64,000 bases of DNA. Origin: Eledone cirrhosa (lineage: Eukaryota). Made by a program: the position numbers and the translations under genes. Each line of letters begins with the position of its first letter. Position 1 is the stretch's first letter. The notes under the pieces were generated by a model. It did not search any database. It had not been told where the DNA came from and saw nothing but the letters and a program-made list of their open reading frames with translations. The stretch is from positions 163,308,001 to 163,372,000 of the forward strand of contig OZ024741.1 in assembly GCA_964016885.1 (NCBI GenBank), written 5' to 3'. Shown one piece after another: positions 46,408 through 59,867 of this stretch.

Positions 46408-46410
<3 letters not shown>
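40380..46410 (+). repeat. 310-bp tandem array with one type I hammerhead ribozyme per unit (retrozyme-like); ~2.3 units on -, ~17.1 units on +
   Basis: Period 310 (CTGATGA at 41289+310n up to 46249); inversion at ~41090; (TA)n on both flanks. Confidence 0.95.
41259..41347 (+). ncRNA. Type I hammerhead ribozyme (first + copy of the array)
   Basis: ATTCTCGATAAAAGCA..GTAGTC-CTGATGA-TTTCT(AACA)AGAAT-GAAA-CGCG-TA-GATTAC..TGCTTTTATCGAGAAT; predicted cleavage after GUA at 41319. Confidence 0.88.
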
Positions 46411-46455
<45 letters not shown>

Positions 46456-46468
46456 TATACACATATAC

Positions 46469-46502
<34 letters not shown>

Positions 46503-46514
46503 GTATATATATAT

Positions 46515-47297
46515 AACTGTAATTGTAGGAATCCGGTTGATTGCCCCCTATCCGGGAAATGCCTCTCTAGTAACATTGTCTACAAATGTAAGGTTGTAAC
46601 ACCCACGTCCCGTAGGGCCTACATAGGGTTAACCGCCAATAGATTCAATCAGCGTCTTTACATGCATACCCATTCTTTTCGTTACCCTCTAAGAAGGAAT
46701 ATGGCGTCACTTTCAGCTTATATCTGGAGTCTAAAATCCAACCACACCCAATATAAGTTACACTGGGAGATCCTAGCTAGGGCTAGGTTGTATAACGGAA
46801 ATAAAAGACCATGTGACCTCTGCGCCGCTGAGGCCCTGGAAATATTCTACGTCACAGACCACATCTTAAACAAAAAATCTGAGGCATTTTCGGCTTGTAA
46901 ACATAAATTGCACAAAACTTTACTGTATTACAGCCCCACGTTATACCCTAACGGATAATACGATCTATACGTGGATATTTTACGTCTTGATGTGGGAGCC
47001 AAGTATATGTTTTGTTTATACCATTACTTATTTGCATAGCGAACGTTTCCACGAACCAAAATATCGTTTTCCTGTCTTCCTCCGGTTGCAACGTTTTTTT
47101 AAATATCCACTTCTGCGTTTACAGATTGACTTTGTTAGTTTCAGAAGATCCCGTTAAGGGTGAAAGCAGCGATTCTTTGCTTAAACTTTAATCTGTTATT
47201 TTAATAAATATTTGCTCTACGGTTCTTATATATTTGATATATATTTATCCTTATCGAGCCCTCTTTGGATTTTAGTCTTCAAATTTATTATTATTAC

Positions 47298-47300
<3 letters not shown>
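46515..47300 (+). mobile_element. Neptune-like PLE 3' fragment (GIY-YIG + 3'UTR)
   Basis: [36 protein letters not shown]; between TA tracts. Confidence 0.9.
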
Positions 47301-47345
<45 letters not shown>

Positions 47346-49416
47346 CGTGCGTGTGTTTCTATGTGTATGTACCCGTACGTATACATGTGTACTGACGTAT
47401 ACATGCACATATAATACTATGCACATACAAACATATGCTGTTATGCGCCTGCATATTCATATACGTTCAGGTATGCACGTATGTACATCTATATGTACAT
47501 GCATAAAAACACCGGCAATCATATAGATATAGGAGAAATTTCCTGCATATAAGTTCTGTATAAGGATAAGAAATCTGCACAAAACAAAGCCAGGGAGGCA
47601 TAACAAAAATAAATGGATACCTTCATAAGGATATTCTACACCACCAGGTTTTATACCCTCCTAAATACCACCTGATACATTATTGAACGCTTACATGAAT
47701 TGTTGAGACGTGAAAATAATATAAATAAACATTTACTTTTCCTACTATATCAAGCGTAAAACTAATATATTTCTTCAGTGTACTGTGTCGTTCGCTTTGC
47801 TATTTTTGTTTACCTTTTGCACACACACACACACACACACACACGGGCACACACACACACACACACGCACAATTGAATATGAAAAATTAGTGACTACACT
47901 ACTGTAATAAGAAGTGGTTACACACACACGCGCGCGCGCGCACGCACGCACACACTCACACACATACACACACACACACACACACACAATTATATATCAA
48001 ATTAAAAAAGGGAGTCAAAGACTCGCGTTAAACCTTTGTAATTTAATGAGCTCAAGAAATAGAATCTGGGTTCTTTATAATACAGTATGTAGCGAAAAAT
48101 ACACAAAGAGGTATATGTTCAATTATAGGGGACAGAATACCACCAAAGTGAAAAACATATTGTCTACGAAAGGGATAGAAAATACATAACTATAACACCT
48201 GGATAAACTCTAAGAGAATGTTTCGACATAAAAAGAGAAGATTCCATACTGCAGAGAGCTTATCGATATGTGTGTGTGTGTGTGTGTGTGTGTACATAAC
48301 CACTTTTTTTTACAGAAGTGTACTCACTAATTTTTCATATTAATATCATAAGAATATATTCTTCCAAATTAAGTCTTGACTAATTTAGCGTCTTCGAACA
48401 ATGCATATAGTTAAACCCACACAATTTGTCCATTGCTAAGCCAGTAGTTGTGGCAGTACTTGTGACTCTTTGCAGCGTCTCCGAAACTAGTATGACGGGA
48501 AGCATCGTAAAACTAACTGGAAACCTGGTACGAATGTTTGCAACAGAGTAGAGTCGGTTAATGGCAGCCAAGAGATATGTATGCTAGTGTTAATCTGGGT
48601 GATAAGTTGCGTCTACCATTCTAGTAGGCCGCAACGTGGTTTGATCTCAGAAAGCAAAGAACCTGAACAGATATCAACTAACTCATGCAGCATACGAACA
48701 TTCTTTTAACCGTCCACCCTGGATTGGTAATTTATTTAAGCGCCATCGAAAGGATGGAATGTAAAATTGACTTCGGTGGGATTAGAACCCAACGCACAGA
48801 GACCTAGAACAAATTCTATGAAACATTTTGTCCTAACGTGATGGTGTTAAACCTGGCGACGTCTTGAGTCTACCATCCGAGTAGGTAACGGAAGAATTTG
48901 AAAACAAAGAGCCGGAACAAATACCGCAAATTGTCCTTTACTTTAACGTCAGTCCAGCACCCTAGGCTGCTATAGATTATATTTATCGATTCTGAGTGCA
49001 GGAGCGGGAAAGATAACATCAACACTAACAGAAATCTGAACACATGGAACTTGAATAAATACTACAAATCAGTTCATCCGACGCTCAAACGTTTCTACCA
49101 TCATGTCACCGATAATCTAGTTACAATAACAACTGAAGTTATAAACATAAATGTTTGTTTATGTTACATTACTAGATATTTATATTATGCTCATTGTTCA
49201 GTAATGTATTCGTAAAAGTTAAGTAACTTATTCTGGGACTATAAATGTATTGTCGCCAACAGTCGTAACATATATATTCAAAAACTTATCTTGTGCATAA
49301 CTGCATCATATTATTGAATTTTATGTTCAAGCAGTCTGAATATATTTATCATATTTTAATTCATATTAGATATGATGAACACTCAGAATTTTGTTTTGAA
49401 TTATTATTATTATTAT

Positions 49417-49650
49417 TGGTAGATTGGCAGATTCGGTAGAGCATCGGACACCATGCTTCATGACATAGAGTTATGTTCATTTACGTTCTGAGTTCAAATC
49501 CTGTCGAGGTTAGCTTTGCCTTTCATTCTTACGGGGTCGATAAAATGAAGTACCAGTAATGTACTGGAGTCGATTTAATCGACTTTCCCCTCCCCCTCAA
49601 ATGGCTGGCCTTGTGCCCAAAGTAGAAACAATTATTATTATTATTATTAT
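49417..49650 (+). mobile_element. SINE family A (longer variant) with (TTA)n flanks
   Basis: Family motifs plus the GTCGATTTAATCGAC segment. Confidence 0.88.
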
Positions 49651-49664
49651 AGTTGCATTTATCT

Positions 49665-52420
49665 TGCTTTATGTTCATACGAGTAATCACCAAGTCACAA
49701 CCAGTGACCTCAAGAGACAACAAGGTCCGCCATGTTCAAGAAAGAACATACATACACACACATGCATCTTTAGGTGTTTAGACTTGTGATGTAATTATAT
49801 TGACAGAATCTTCCTTAGTATATGGGCATTTCCCATTAGTATTATCTTTTGTATTTCTCATATACGCGGGTTTCCTGGGATTTGCGATAAGTAATCATTA
49901 GACCCCTTAGGTATCATTCCTAGAGTGCCTACAACCTTGATATTGTTTTAGTTCTCAATTTCTACATTTTTCAAATTTCTATCTCCAGGTCCTTATACTT
50001 GCTCAATTTTTCAAATGTTTTTATAGATACATTCTTGTCTATTGGAACGGACATATAAATTAGCAGGCATACCCTCTTTTGAAAGTCTTTCAATATTATA
50101 TCAGGTCTATTTGCATCTATTTTTCGGTCTGTTTGGATGCTAAAGTTCCACAAGATGTGATCTTTTTCAAGTATGGGAGGTGGTTGATGCTCCCACCAAT
50201 TCTTTTGATGGGGCAAGTCAAAATGCTTACACATTATCCAATGTATGTATTGTGCCGCTCTGTCATGCCTGTTTATGTATTCGGTTGGAGCTATAGGAGT
50301 ACACATTGAAATTATATGATCAATGGTCTCTGGTTGTTTTTTACATACACGGTTTAATGGGTTGCATCCATTTTTTGTTATGTTGGCTTGGTAATTTTTT
50401 GTTGGCAGACACTGATATTGTGCTGATATAATCAGACCTTCAGTCTACGATTTCAGTCCAGAGGATGCCAACCACTTATGGGTTAAAGTTTTGTCAACAT
50501 CAGGATTGTTAGCTCTTTCTGGGTATTTTCCATACAGAGGCTTTTCTTGCCATTCCTTAGCCAGTTTCTGTAGCAGTTCTTTCTTTGCAGTTACATTTAC
50601 CTGCTTTGCTTCTTCTGTGTTTTCCATTTCAGCAGTAAATGGAACTACTGATATTGTAGTTCATTACTGTATCTTTGTGAATCTTTTGTAATGGAGTATG
50701 ATCTTTTGATGCTTTCGTGTTTCAAAACGAGTTTGATCATCCAATCATGTGATTCCCTTAGATATGTAGATAATCCAATTGTTGCAGTTTTCAACGCAAT
50801 ATCTAACTGGATTAACCAACGTCCTCCTTCTTTCCTAGGGAGATATATTCTATCTATATCTGCCTTAGGGTGATGCATTCTGTGCATGGTTAAGAATTTT
50901 CGAATTTTTGTATCGAGCCTACGGATCTCTGTGCTTGACCAGTTGATGACATTGTAACTGTAGGTTACTACTGGTATGGCAAGCGTGTTTATGGCATCGA
51001 TCCTATTCCTTGCATTCAATTCCGTTCTTAAGATTGTTATTACTCTGCGGTAACATTCCTTCCTTATCCTTTCCCTCATTGTCGAGCGCTTGATTCCGTC
51101 TCCTTCACAAACACCTAGATATTTGTAAGTTTCCTCTTGATCAAGTTCTCTTATCACATTCCCCCGATCAAGATTAATGTCTGAACTTTTCAACAGCTTT
51201 CCTCTGGTGAACGTTGCTTTGGCGCATTTATCTCGTCCAAACTCCATTTTAATGTCATCACTGAACTGCTCCACAGTGGATAATAGCCCTTGCAATTATT
51301 CATCATTTTTTGCAAATAGTTTCAGGTCATCCATGTAGAACAAGTGATTAATGGTTTTGTCATAGACTTTATATCCATGTTTTGTCTCATTGAGCATTTA
51401 CTTAATGGTATAAGTGCGGTGCAGAATAAAAGCGGTGATTAAGAGTCACCCTGAAAAATTCCACAATTAATATTAACTTCTCCAGCTTCCAGTGATTTTG
51501 TTTCACTATTCAAAAGGAGTGTCGTTTTCCATGTCTTCATACTGAAAGAGAGGAACCTCCTCACAACGGGAGATATTTTTAAAATCTCTAAACATTTTTC
51601 AATCCAACTGTGTGGCAAACTATCGAATGCTTTTTTATAATCTATCCAAGCAATTGATAGATTTGTGTGTCTATTATGACAATCTTCCAGTATCATTTTG
51701 TTAACCAAAAGCTGATCCTTACAGCCATATGAGCCTCGTTTACACCCTTTCTGCTCAATGGGAAATAGGTGATTTGTTATCAGGTGGTCATATGTATATT
51801 CAGTTAGGACTGATGTTAATATTTTATACATTGTGGTCAAGCAAGTTATCGGTCTGTAATTTTTGGGATTGTTTTTCTCATCATTCTTCGGAAGCAGGAA
51901 TATAATGCCGTTAACTAGCCATGATGGTATTTTTTCTGGCTCCTTAACTATTTCATTGTAAAGTTGGGCTAACAGCTCATGAGACTCTGTGAAGGCATTT
52001 ATCCAAAAATGTTGTATTTTGTCTTTTCCTGGGGATTTCCATTTGCTGGTTTTTCTAAGAGCCAAACGCAACTGTTCAACTGTTATATTTTCCCATATTT
52101 GTTCCTCAAGGTGAGCTGTATCTTTCATTTGTCTGTCTATCCATGGGGCATGTATATTATGAACTTTTTCTTCGGCCCAGATCTTTTCCCAGAATTCTTG
52201 CACTTCCTCCTTGGGTGGTATTGATTTAGCAGTTATTGTTGACTTGCCAATTTTTCTGTAGAAGTTTCTTTGGTTGTTTTTGAACATATTATTGTCCTTA
52301 TAGAATCTAGATCGTTTTTCAAAGCGCCTTATACGAGAAGCTTTGGCCGACACTTTTTGCTTTGCTTGATTATTTTTATCAGCATGTCTATGTCACTTGT
52401 TGATTTTATACTGTAATTTC
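49665..52420 (-). mobile_element. R4/Dong-type non-LTR retrotransposon (RT + CCHC + restriction-like endonuclease), decayed
   Basis: NYRPITCL, EQKGC, WIDYKKAFDS, GIFQGDS, FYMDDLK, YKYLG, RHD, RPDI; 3' end abuts (TAA)n. Confidence 0.92.
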
Positions 52421-52449
52421 TTTTTATTATTATTATTATTATTATTCTT

Positions 52450-53565
52450 TGAGTCTCAGTCATTGATGTTAGTTAAGTGGAAAGTTTGTTGAAATGAATA
52501 TCAAGCCACTACCTGCAGCCTCAGATATTCAGGACGTATCGGAGGGTTCTTGCTGTTCCCAGCAAGCATGCCTTTTGAAGCGTTTCAAAAAGCATGGCGG
52601 GGCCAATTTTCTTTAACCATCCTTGGAAACTTTTTGAGATAGTACCTAGTGCGCCTATGAGAATCGGGACCACTTTGACTTCATTGCAGTTCCAAATACT
52701 TTTTACCTCCCACTTTAGGTCCTGGTATCGGTTAATTTTCTCCCTCTCCTTCTCTTGCACTCTCGTGTCGAATGGGCAGGCCACATCCACAATCAGGCAC
52801 GATCTTTTTTCCTTGTCCAAAACCACCAGGTCAGGTCTATTGTGTTCCAGTTTCTTGTCCGTCTGTATCCAAAAATCCCACAGCACCTTCACCTGATCGT
52901 TTTCTATCACCGACTCTGGCTTATGCTCATACCACTTCTCAGAATGTGGTAAATTGTTTACTCTGCATAGGTGCCAGTGGATCACCCTGCCCATCACATC
53001 ATGTCTCCAGCCCTTATAGTGAGTCTGGGCTAGGTGTTTACCCTCGGATACAATGTGAGCCACAGTCTCCTCTCTCTCTCCACAGATCCTGCACAGTGGG
53101 CTAGCCTCCTCCTTGTAAATATGGTGTTTCAACCACTTCGTTTTGAGGGCCTGCTCTTGCGCAGCCATTAGCATTCCTTCTGTAGCCTTTTTAAGGTCTC
53201 CTCTTTTCAACCAGTTCCATGTCTGTGGATCTCTATATTCAGTTTTCTCAAAGAAGGTACTATGAAGGGATTTTTCATGAAGGCTGCTCTTTCTCCTTGT
53301 TGTTATTTCCTCCTTGGACATCCCCTGGTCTATTGTCCTCTCCTTCAGTACAATTCTGAGCATTGGCTCCTTACTATCAGTCACGTATTTGTGTAGGTTG
53401 TTTATCTCCATCTGAACACAGTCCTCTATGCTGATAAGACTTCTTCCACCTTCAGATCTCCTCAGGTAGAGTCTATCGACATCACTCGTCTTGTGGAACA
53501 TGTTGTAGATAGTCAATAGCTTCCTAGTCTTCCTATCCATTTATTTTTGTTCAGCAACATTCCAT
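52450..53565 (-). mobile_element. Second R4/Dong-type family, 3' fragment with an open 339-aa frame
   Basis: RLYL.R.EGGR, AAQEQAL, CRIC..ETVAHIVS, RHD, RPDLV, DVACP, K..RY; 3' end abuts (TAA)n. Confidence 0.92.
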
Positions 53566-53997
53566 CCGTTCAGTACCGGACTAAATGTAGAAATCGTAGA
53601 ATGCCTGATTAAATAAAGAACAAGCTGAGGGTCGGATTACATGCTAAATATCTCTGGTGCGGGGTTGAACCCGTAAAAGGGGCCATTATATGTAAAACAA
53701 AGAACGTTAAATTCTGGATTACAGGTAGGAATTGTAGAACGTTTGTTTAAAAAAAGACATGGCATTATGCCGGAGTATACACTGAATATTTACAGTGACG
53801 ATTTAAATGTAGAAAATCAAAAGTGCCCAACAGAATGAAACGTATAAACCGTAAAGTGCTGAACCGAATTAATTATAGAATTCGTAGTGCTGAATAATAT
53901 ATTGAAACTATGGTGCCGGAATAGTGTAAAAATAGTTAAATGCCGAAATAAATGTATAAAAGATGGATATCAGATTAAATGTAGACATTACAAGAGT

Positions 53998-54485
53998 CTT
54001 CTTCTTCTTCTTCTTCTTCTTCTTCTTCTTCTTCTTCTTCGCCCACATATGCCTGAAAGGGTCGTGGGGGCAGAGTCCTCAAACACCCCTTCCAGCGGGT
54101 CTTGTCATAACCAACCGCCTCCAACTGACCCGGTTGGATCCCCACACGTGACCAGCCAAGCTCATGGATGTGATCCAACCATCTTGCTCGGCGTCAACTC
54201 TGGACCTCTTGCCGGCTGGTTTCGACCGTAAAATCTGTCCAGCGATTCTTTCCTGAGACATTCTAACCACATGCCCATATTACCCGTGCTGTGATCTCTC
54301 AATTCGGAGAGGTAACGGCTCTACTTGGAGTGACTTTGATCTCCGAGCTACGCACTCTAGCGACTACCGTTACTCCAAAGACCCTTCGGAGGAATACCAT
54401 TTCGACCGCTTGTATTCCCGATCGTATTCTTTCGGTCATTACACAAGGTTCATTACCATAGCTAAGGTCTGGCGCAAAAACCGAA
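53998..54485 (-). mobile_element. RTE-like LINE 3' fragment with a (GAA)n tail
   Basis: RIQAVEM.FLRRV.GVT and GHVVRMSQERIA remnants; (CTT)n on +. Confidence 0.7.
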
Positions 54486-54873
54486 TACAGGAGTGCCAGA
54501 TTAAATATAGAAACTCTATATTTTACTGGATTAAACGTAGATACTGCAGAGCACTGCGTTAAACGTAGAAAACACTGTGCCAGATTAAATGTAAAAATCT
54601 CAAAGTGCTGGCTTAAATGCAGATAACCAAGAAAAACGAATAACAGATAGAAACTGTAAGTGCCTAAGAAGATATCGAAACTTTAACGTGCTTAATATTG
54701 ATCAAAAGTCAGGGCGTTCGAGATTAATTACAGAATCTTTACATTGCCAAATTAGGAGTAGAAAATAATCTGACCGATTATATGCAGAACTCATAGCATG
54801 CTGTATTCCTTGTATAACCACTAATGTGTCGTATTATATGTAGATTGCTAGATTATATTTAGAAACCTAAAAG

Positions 54874-55155
54874 CGGGCATGGGCAACCTTTTTCGAGAAT
54901 CGGGCCACATGAGATATAGCTCATCATCAGGTGGGCCGCAAGCGCTAATTTACATTCGTGCCCACATTAAAAAAGGGCGGTAACTCAGGTTGTTTTGATT
55001 TGTTTCTTCAAAGTTCGTACACGTTGTTTTCCTCGATCGTAAAAATGATAGAAAGATAAATAAGTTAGAGTAAAAAAAAAATCAGAAAGTTTTCACTTAG
55101 GTGACTTAGGTGAGCCATTCATAAAGCTTCTCGGGTCGCAGGTTGCCCATGAATG
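54874..55155. mobile_element. hAT-type MITE
   Basis: TIRs CGGGCATGGGCAACC / GGTTGCCCATGAATG; TSD CCTAAAAG / CCTTAAAG. Confidence 0.75.
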
Positions 55156-56871
55156 CCTTAAAGTGTAGGATCAACGGTAGAAATCGTAGCGTGTCGGAAT
55201 AGAGTTAGAAAGCCCCAAGTGCTGGATTAAATGTAGAAAATCCAGAGTACCGGACAATATATTGAGTGCCTAGTTAAATAATGAAAATATAGAGTTCCAG
55301 ATTAAATTCTTAAAATTTAACATTACCGGATTAAAAGACGGAACCGTAAAGGGCTGGATAATATGTAGGATATTTACACTATATACATGAAGAATGCAGA
55401 ATTAAACGTCAACACTCAGTATGTAATCTGGCACGACACTCTACATATTTTAGAATAATTAGTCCAGGACGCTACGGTTTCTACATTTAATTCGATATTG
55501 TAAATATCAGCATTTAATCGGAAACTCTACACATGTTCAAATAATTGTTTCTACTTTTTGGCACATAATGTTTGTACATATAATCCGGCACTCTACAATT
55601 CCAGCATCTAACCTGGAACCTTGTGGTTTCTATGTTTAATCTGGTAATCTAAGTTATCTATATTTATTCCGGCATTCTGAGGTTTGTGTGTTTAATCCGG
55701 CACTTTTGGCTTTCTACCTTTAATCTAGTAGTGTACAGCTTCTTCATTCAAGTCAGCGAATAAGAATACTGACTAGAAAAGTTATTAATGTGATCTATAT
55801 GGGTGACGCACATTGTGAATTAGAAGAAAAAGAAAATTATATATTGCCTTTGAATACAAGAATATTTATTTGAAGATGAATAGACAGAAGTAGACTAGAA
55901 TTGATGAAAGACAAAGTTGAAATATGAACGTAGAAAAAGGAAATTAAATACTGCTAGACATGTAACCTAGTTGCCAGTTCTCCCTCTCCCAGATGGTATT
56001 TTTTGTTTGCAGGATAAAAGAAATTAAGCATAGGAAATATTATCATTAGATCCAGACAAAGCTTTTTCTAGGAGTGTATTATTTCTCAAAAAGCCGGATA
56101 GCGCCACAGATTTTTTCATTAGAAAATATTAAAAGAAATGACTCTAATTTGTTCTACTATTTCATGTATTTACTATTTGTATTCTGCCATCGCCTTTGCA
56201 CTCGAACCACGAACAGGGCCTTAAGGTTAGAACTAACACATACACCTAGATATAAATAGTTATTTAGCGCCAATTGAACCTTGATCTAGCAAACCTATTA
56301 TCAAGGGGATTAAAGTTATAAACCATACCTTCGTTTTCATGCTTAGTCCAATTAGGATTACATTATCTAATTTGTGTTCCATTTGTTTAAAGCTGTAGAA
56401 TGTGATGTAATACAGAGTTGGCTGCTACTTTGATGAAATATATTGAAGCGCATTCGTTGGCTCGTGTTAACCTGTCTAATGCAGCTTATTTTGGGGAGGA
56501 GCACAATAACTACATTAATATGTGTTGCATTATCTTGTGGTGTTGAAATATCTCTTGATTGTAGCGTAGCTACCTTGCGTCTTCAGAAGGAAAGATTCAA
56601 AAGATTACTTAAGGATGAGCCAATGATGGAGTCTCTATTTAGCCACACAAACTTCTAGAAGTAACAGTGAAATCTTGGTCCCATATATCATTCTACCGCT
56701 TTTTATAAAGCTTGAAAAAGGTAGTTGATAAAAAAGGTAGTATGAGATAAATTGCATCTGGCACAGCTATATATCTAATTGCTAATATCCCCTTGATCGC
56801 AGTTCTACACCTTCTGAGTTGGCGTAGGGTTAAGCAACTACGCAAACCATAACAAAATCTTCTCTCTATCA

Positions 56872-57294
<423 letters not shown>

Positions 57295-57296
<2 letters not shown>

Positions 57297-57466
57297 CGAA
57301 GGAAATGTGATAATGAACCAGGTGGACCATAACGCACCAAAGTACTCAATACTTGAGGTAGTAGAGTGGGTAATAGGAACCAGTAAGACCCCGACAGCTG
57401 AGCTCAAGCCGTTTCGACGGCTAATTCTGGACTAAATTGAGCTCAGCTGTCGGGGTCTTACTGGTT

Positions 57467-57469
<3 letters not shown>
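57295..57469 (-). mobile_element. Fold-back PLE stub, family S
   Basis: Very similar to 15884-16057. Confidence 0.82.
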
Positions 57470-57539
<70 letters not shown>

Positions 57540-58941
57540 GCGCGTTACACATGAATACATGTAATGAAATTTGACACTTCGTCCATGCGTATATATATAT
57601 ATATATATATACCTTGATCAGCTCAAGATTCGATCTCTATCGATCGGACCCGATTCTCGAATTAAAAGGTCATCAGACTTTTGTTACTGCAACCAACAGT
57701 AACTTGATGTTACAATCTCTCTACTTTATATATATATATATGTATGTGTGTGTATGTGAGAGAGTGTGTGCGTGTATGTATGTGTGTGTGAGTCTATCTA
57801 CGTGCGCATATGCATATATATGCATGTATATGTTTGTGTATGTATGAATGTATGGGTGTGTGTTATTATCCTGACACCTTGTTGTTCGTCAAATATAGAT
57901 AAAACAACTACAAAGTGTGTATTAAATTGTCTTTTACTCCAGTTAAAATACTTCATCCCTAAATGTCCAACGCTCTTTCCTACGATGCGAAGTCTTCCAG
58001 GCCAAATGTAATTATTATTATGCACTGATAAAGAGATTTTTATATTTTTATCACATATAAAATTCGAAATTGATTTGTATGTAGAATTATTATGAACTGC
58101 GAGGTTCTTTTTATAACAATTGCTATGTATATATGATAAGCAATATGGTGATAGTTCAAACTTATTGAAATAATATAAAAAATAAAAATAGGAAAATGAA
58201 TATTTTGATAAGATCAATATGCATCATATGACAAAAAATATTTTCATTTGTATTAACCAGCTTGATCGATTTGTGAATATATTTCAATTTATTTCTCTAT
58301 AATCCTATAACATTGCACGTACACGTTCTTTCCCCCACCCAGCTTTGTAACACATTTGAAATACATTAACACTTCACATCTACCGTATTTACGAAAAAAT
58401 AAGTTTTCGTGGTTCTGGTTCTATTAATATTTATATATAATATAACAATATTATGTTATATGTTTATTCTATTCACATGGACAAATATTCTGATTAAGAT
58501 AACAGGACAGGAAATATACGATGTGATGCAACTAACTTACATATATCAAACATCCACTATGTTATTCCAGAAATGACTAAAACAACATCAAACAACGACC
58601 ATAAATTGAATAATTCGTAGCCATAAATTATGTAAAGACTCCAATAACATTTTAAAGTAGAGATTCGTTTGCCAAGTTCTTAATTAAAAGCTTGAAAGAG
58701 TTTTGTTCTTTATATTTCCTAATGAAAACCCTAATAGAAAGATTCGGTAAATACAGCATTACAATAATATAATTAGAATATACTTATCATTCTATTCATG
58801 AAATACTATAAGCACAATGTGTTATCAAAGCTGATATGATAGTGAATATTTATGAATCATAAAATGAGCTACAATAAAGAGATGTATTAATACACACACA
58901 CACACAAATACCCACAAACACCAGCTCACACACATACACAT

Positions 58942-59022
<81 letters not shown>

Positions 59023-59029
59023 AAATTGA

Positions 59030-59167
59030 ATAGAGAAATGGCTTCTACATGAATAGAACTATTTCATTCGAATGAATGTAGAAGCCATTTCTATATTAAA
59101 TTTGTTGTTTACATTCTACTAATGTATAACATACCTTACGTACTGTGGTTACCCCCATTAAATCCGG

Positions 59168-59170
<3 letters not shown>
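59030..59170. mobile_element. Fold-back stub of the 10523/31519 HHR family
   Basis: AGAAATGGCTTCTACAT / ATGTAGAAGCCATTTCT arms; minus strand GAATGAAATAGTTCTATTCATGTAGAA. Confidence 0.6.
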
Positions 59171-59217
<47 letters not shown>

Positions 59218-59244
59218 TATACATACATACACACGCACACACAT

Positions 59245-59285
<41 letters not shown>

Positions 59286-59315
59286 TATATATGTATATAT
59301 ATATATTTTCTCTCG

Positions 59316-59353
<38 letters not shown>

Positions 59354-59357
<4 letters not shown>

Positions 59358-59846
59358 GAAAAAGTGGACAATAACATCGTCAACAGTACAAAAAAGGGGA
59401 TTTATTTACAGTCTAACAATTGTTTCACTGATAAAGTTGTCTAAAAATTGCTGAACAGTAGAAGCAGTGCCACTCAATTTTAAATGCGATATTAGCTCGA
59501 TCAGATCTTCGGAAACAGTTTCCGAAGATCTGATCGAGCTAACATCGTATTTAAAATTGAGTGGCACTGCTTCTACTGTTCAGCAAATTTTATACAATTT
59601 TATCAGTGAAACAATGTTAGACTGTAAATAAATCCCCTTTCTTGTACTGTTGACCATGTTAATCTGCACTTTTTCAATTTTATTACGCCAAGATAAACTT
59701 ACATAGGAATACAAGTGAAATCATAAACTCGTCATCTACGTAAACCTCTTGTTGAGACAAACTACGCCCTACGCTAAAACTATCCATAATAAGAAGCATT
59801 CACAACCTCTAACTGGATTACGTATAACGATATTTTGTTATCCCTT
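59354..59846 (+). mobile_element. Fold-back PLE stub (palindrome 59354-59679 + tail) with a long-stem-II HHR-like motif
   Basis: ACAGTTT-CCGAAGA-TCTGAT...ATCAGT-GAAA-CAAT(T)G-TT-AGACTGT; tail is similar to 63860-63987. Confidence 0.75.
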
Positions 59847-59867
59847 ATATATATATATATATATGAA

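Larger units (their letters stand above)
53570..55740. repeat. Old degenerate ~28-bp minisatellite (GTGCCGGATTAAATGTAGAAACCGTAGA-like), switching orientation near 55420
   Basis: Recurrent GGATTAAATGTAGAAA on +, then TTTCTACATTTAATCCGG. Confidence 0.7.

Noticed and set aside
40380-46410. CRISPR array or coding repeat
   Set aside because: Units are identical with no unique spacers, there are no cas genes, the context is eukaryotic, and no ORF spans the units
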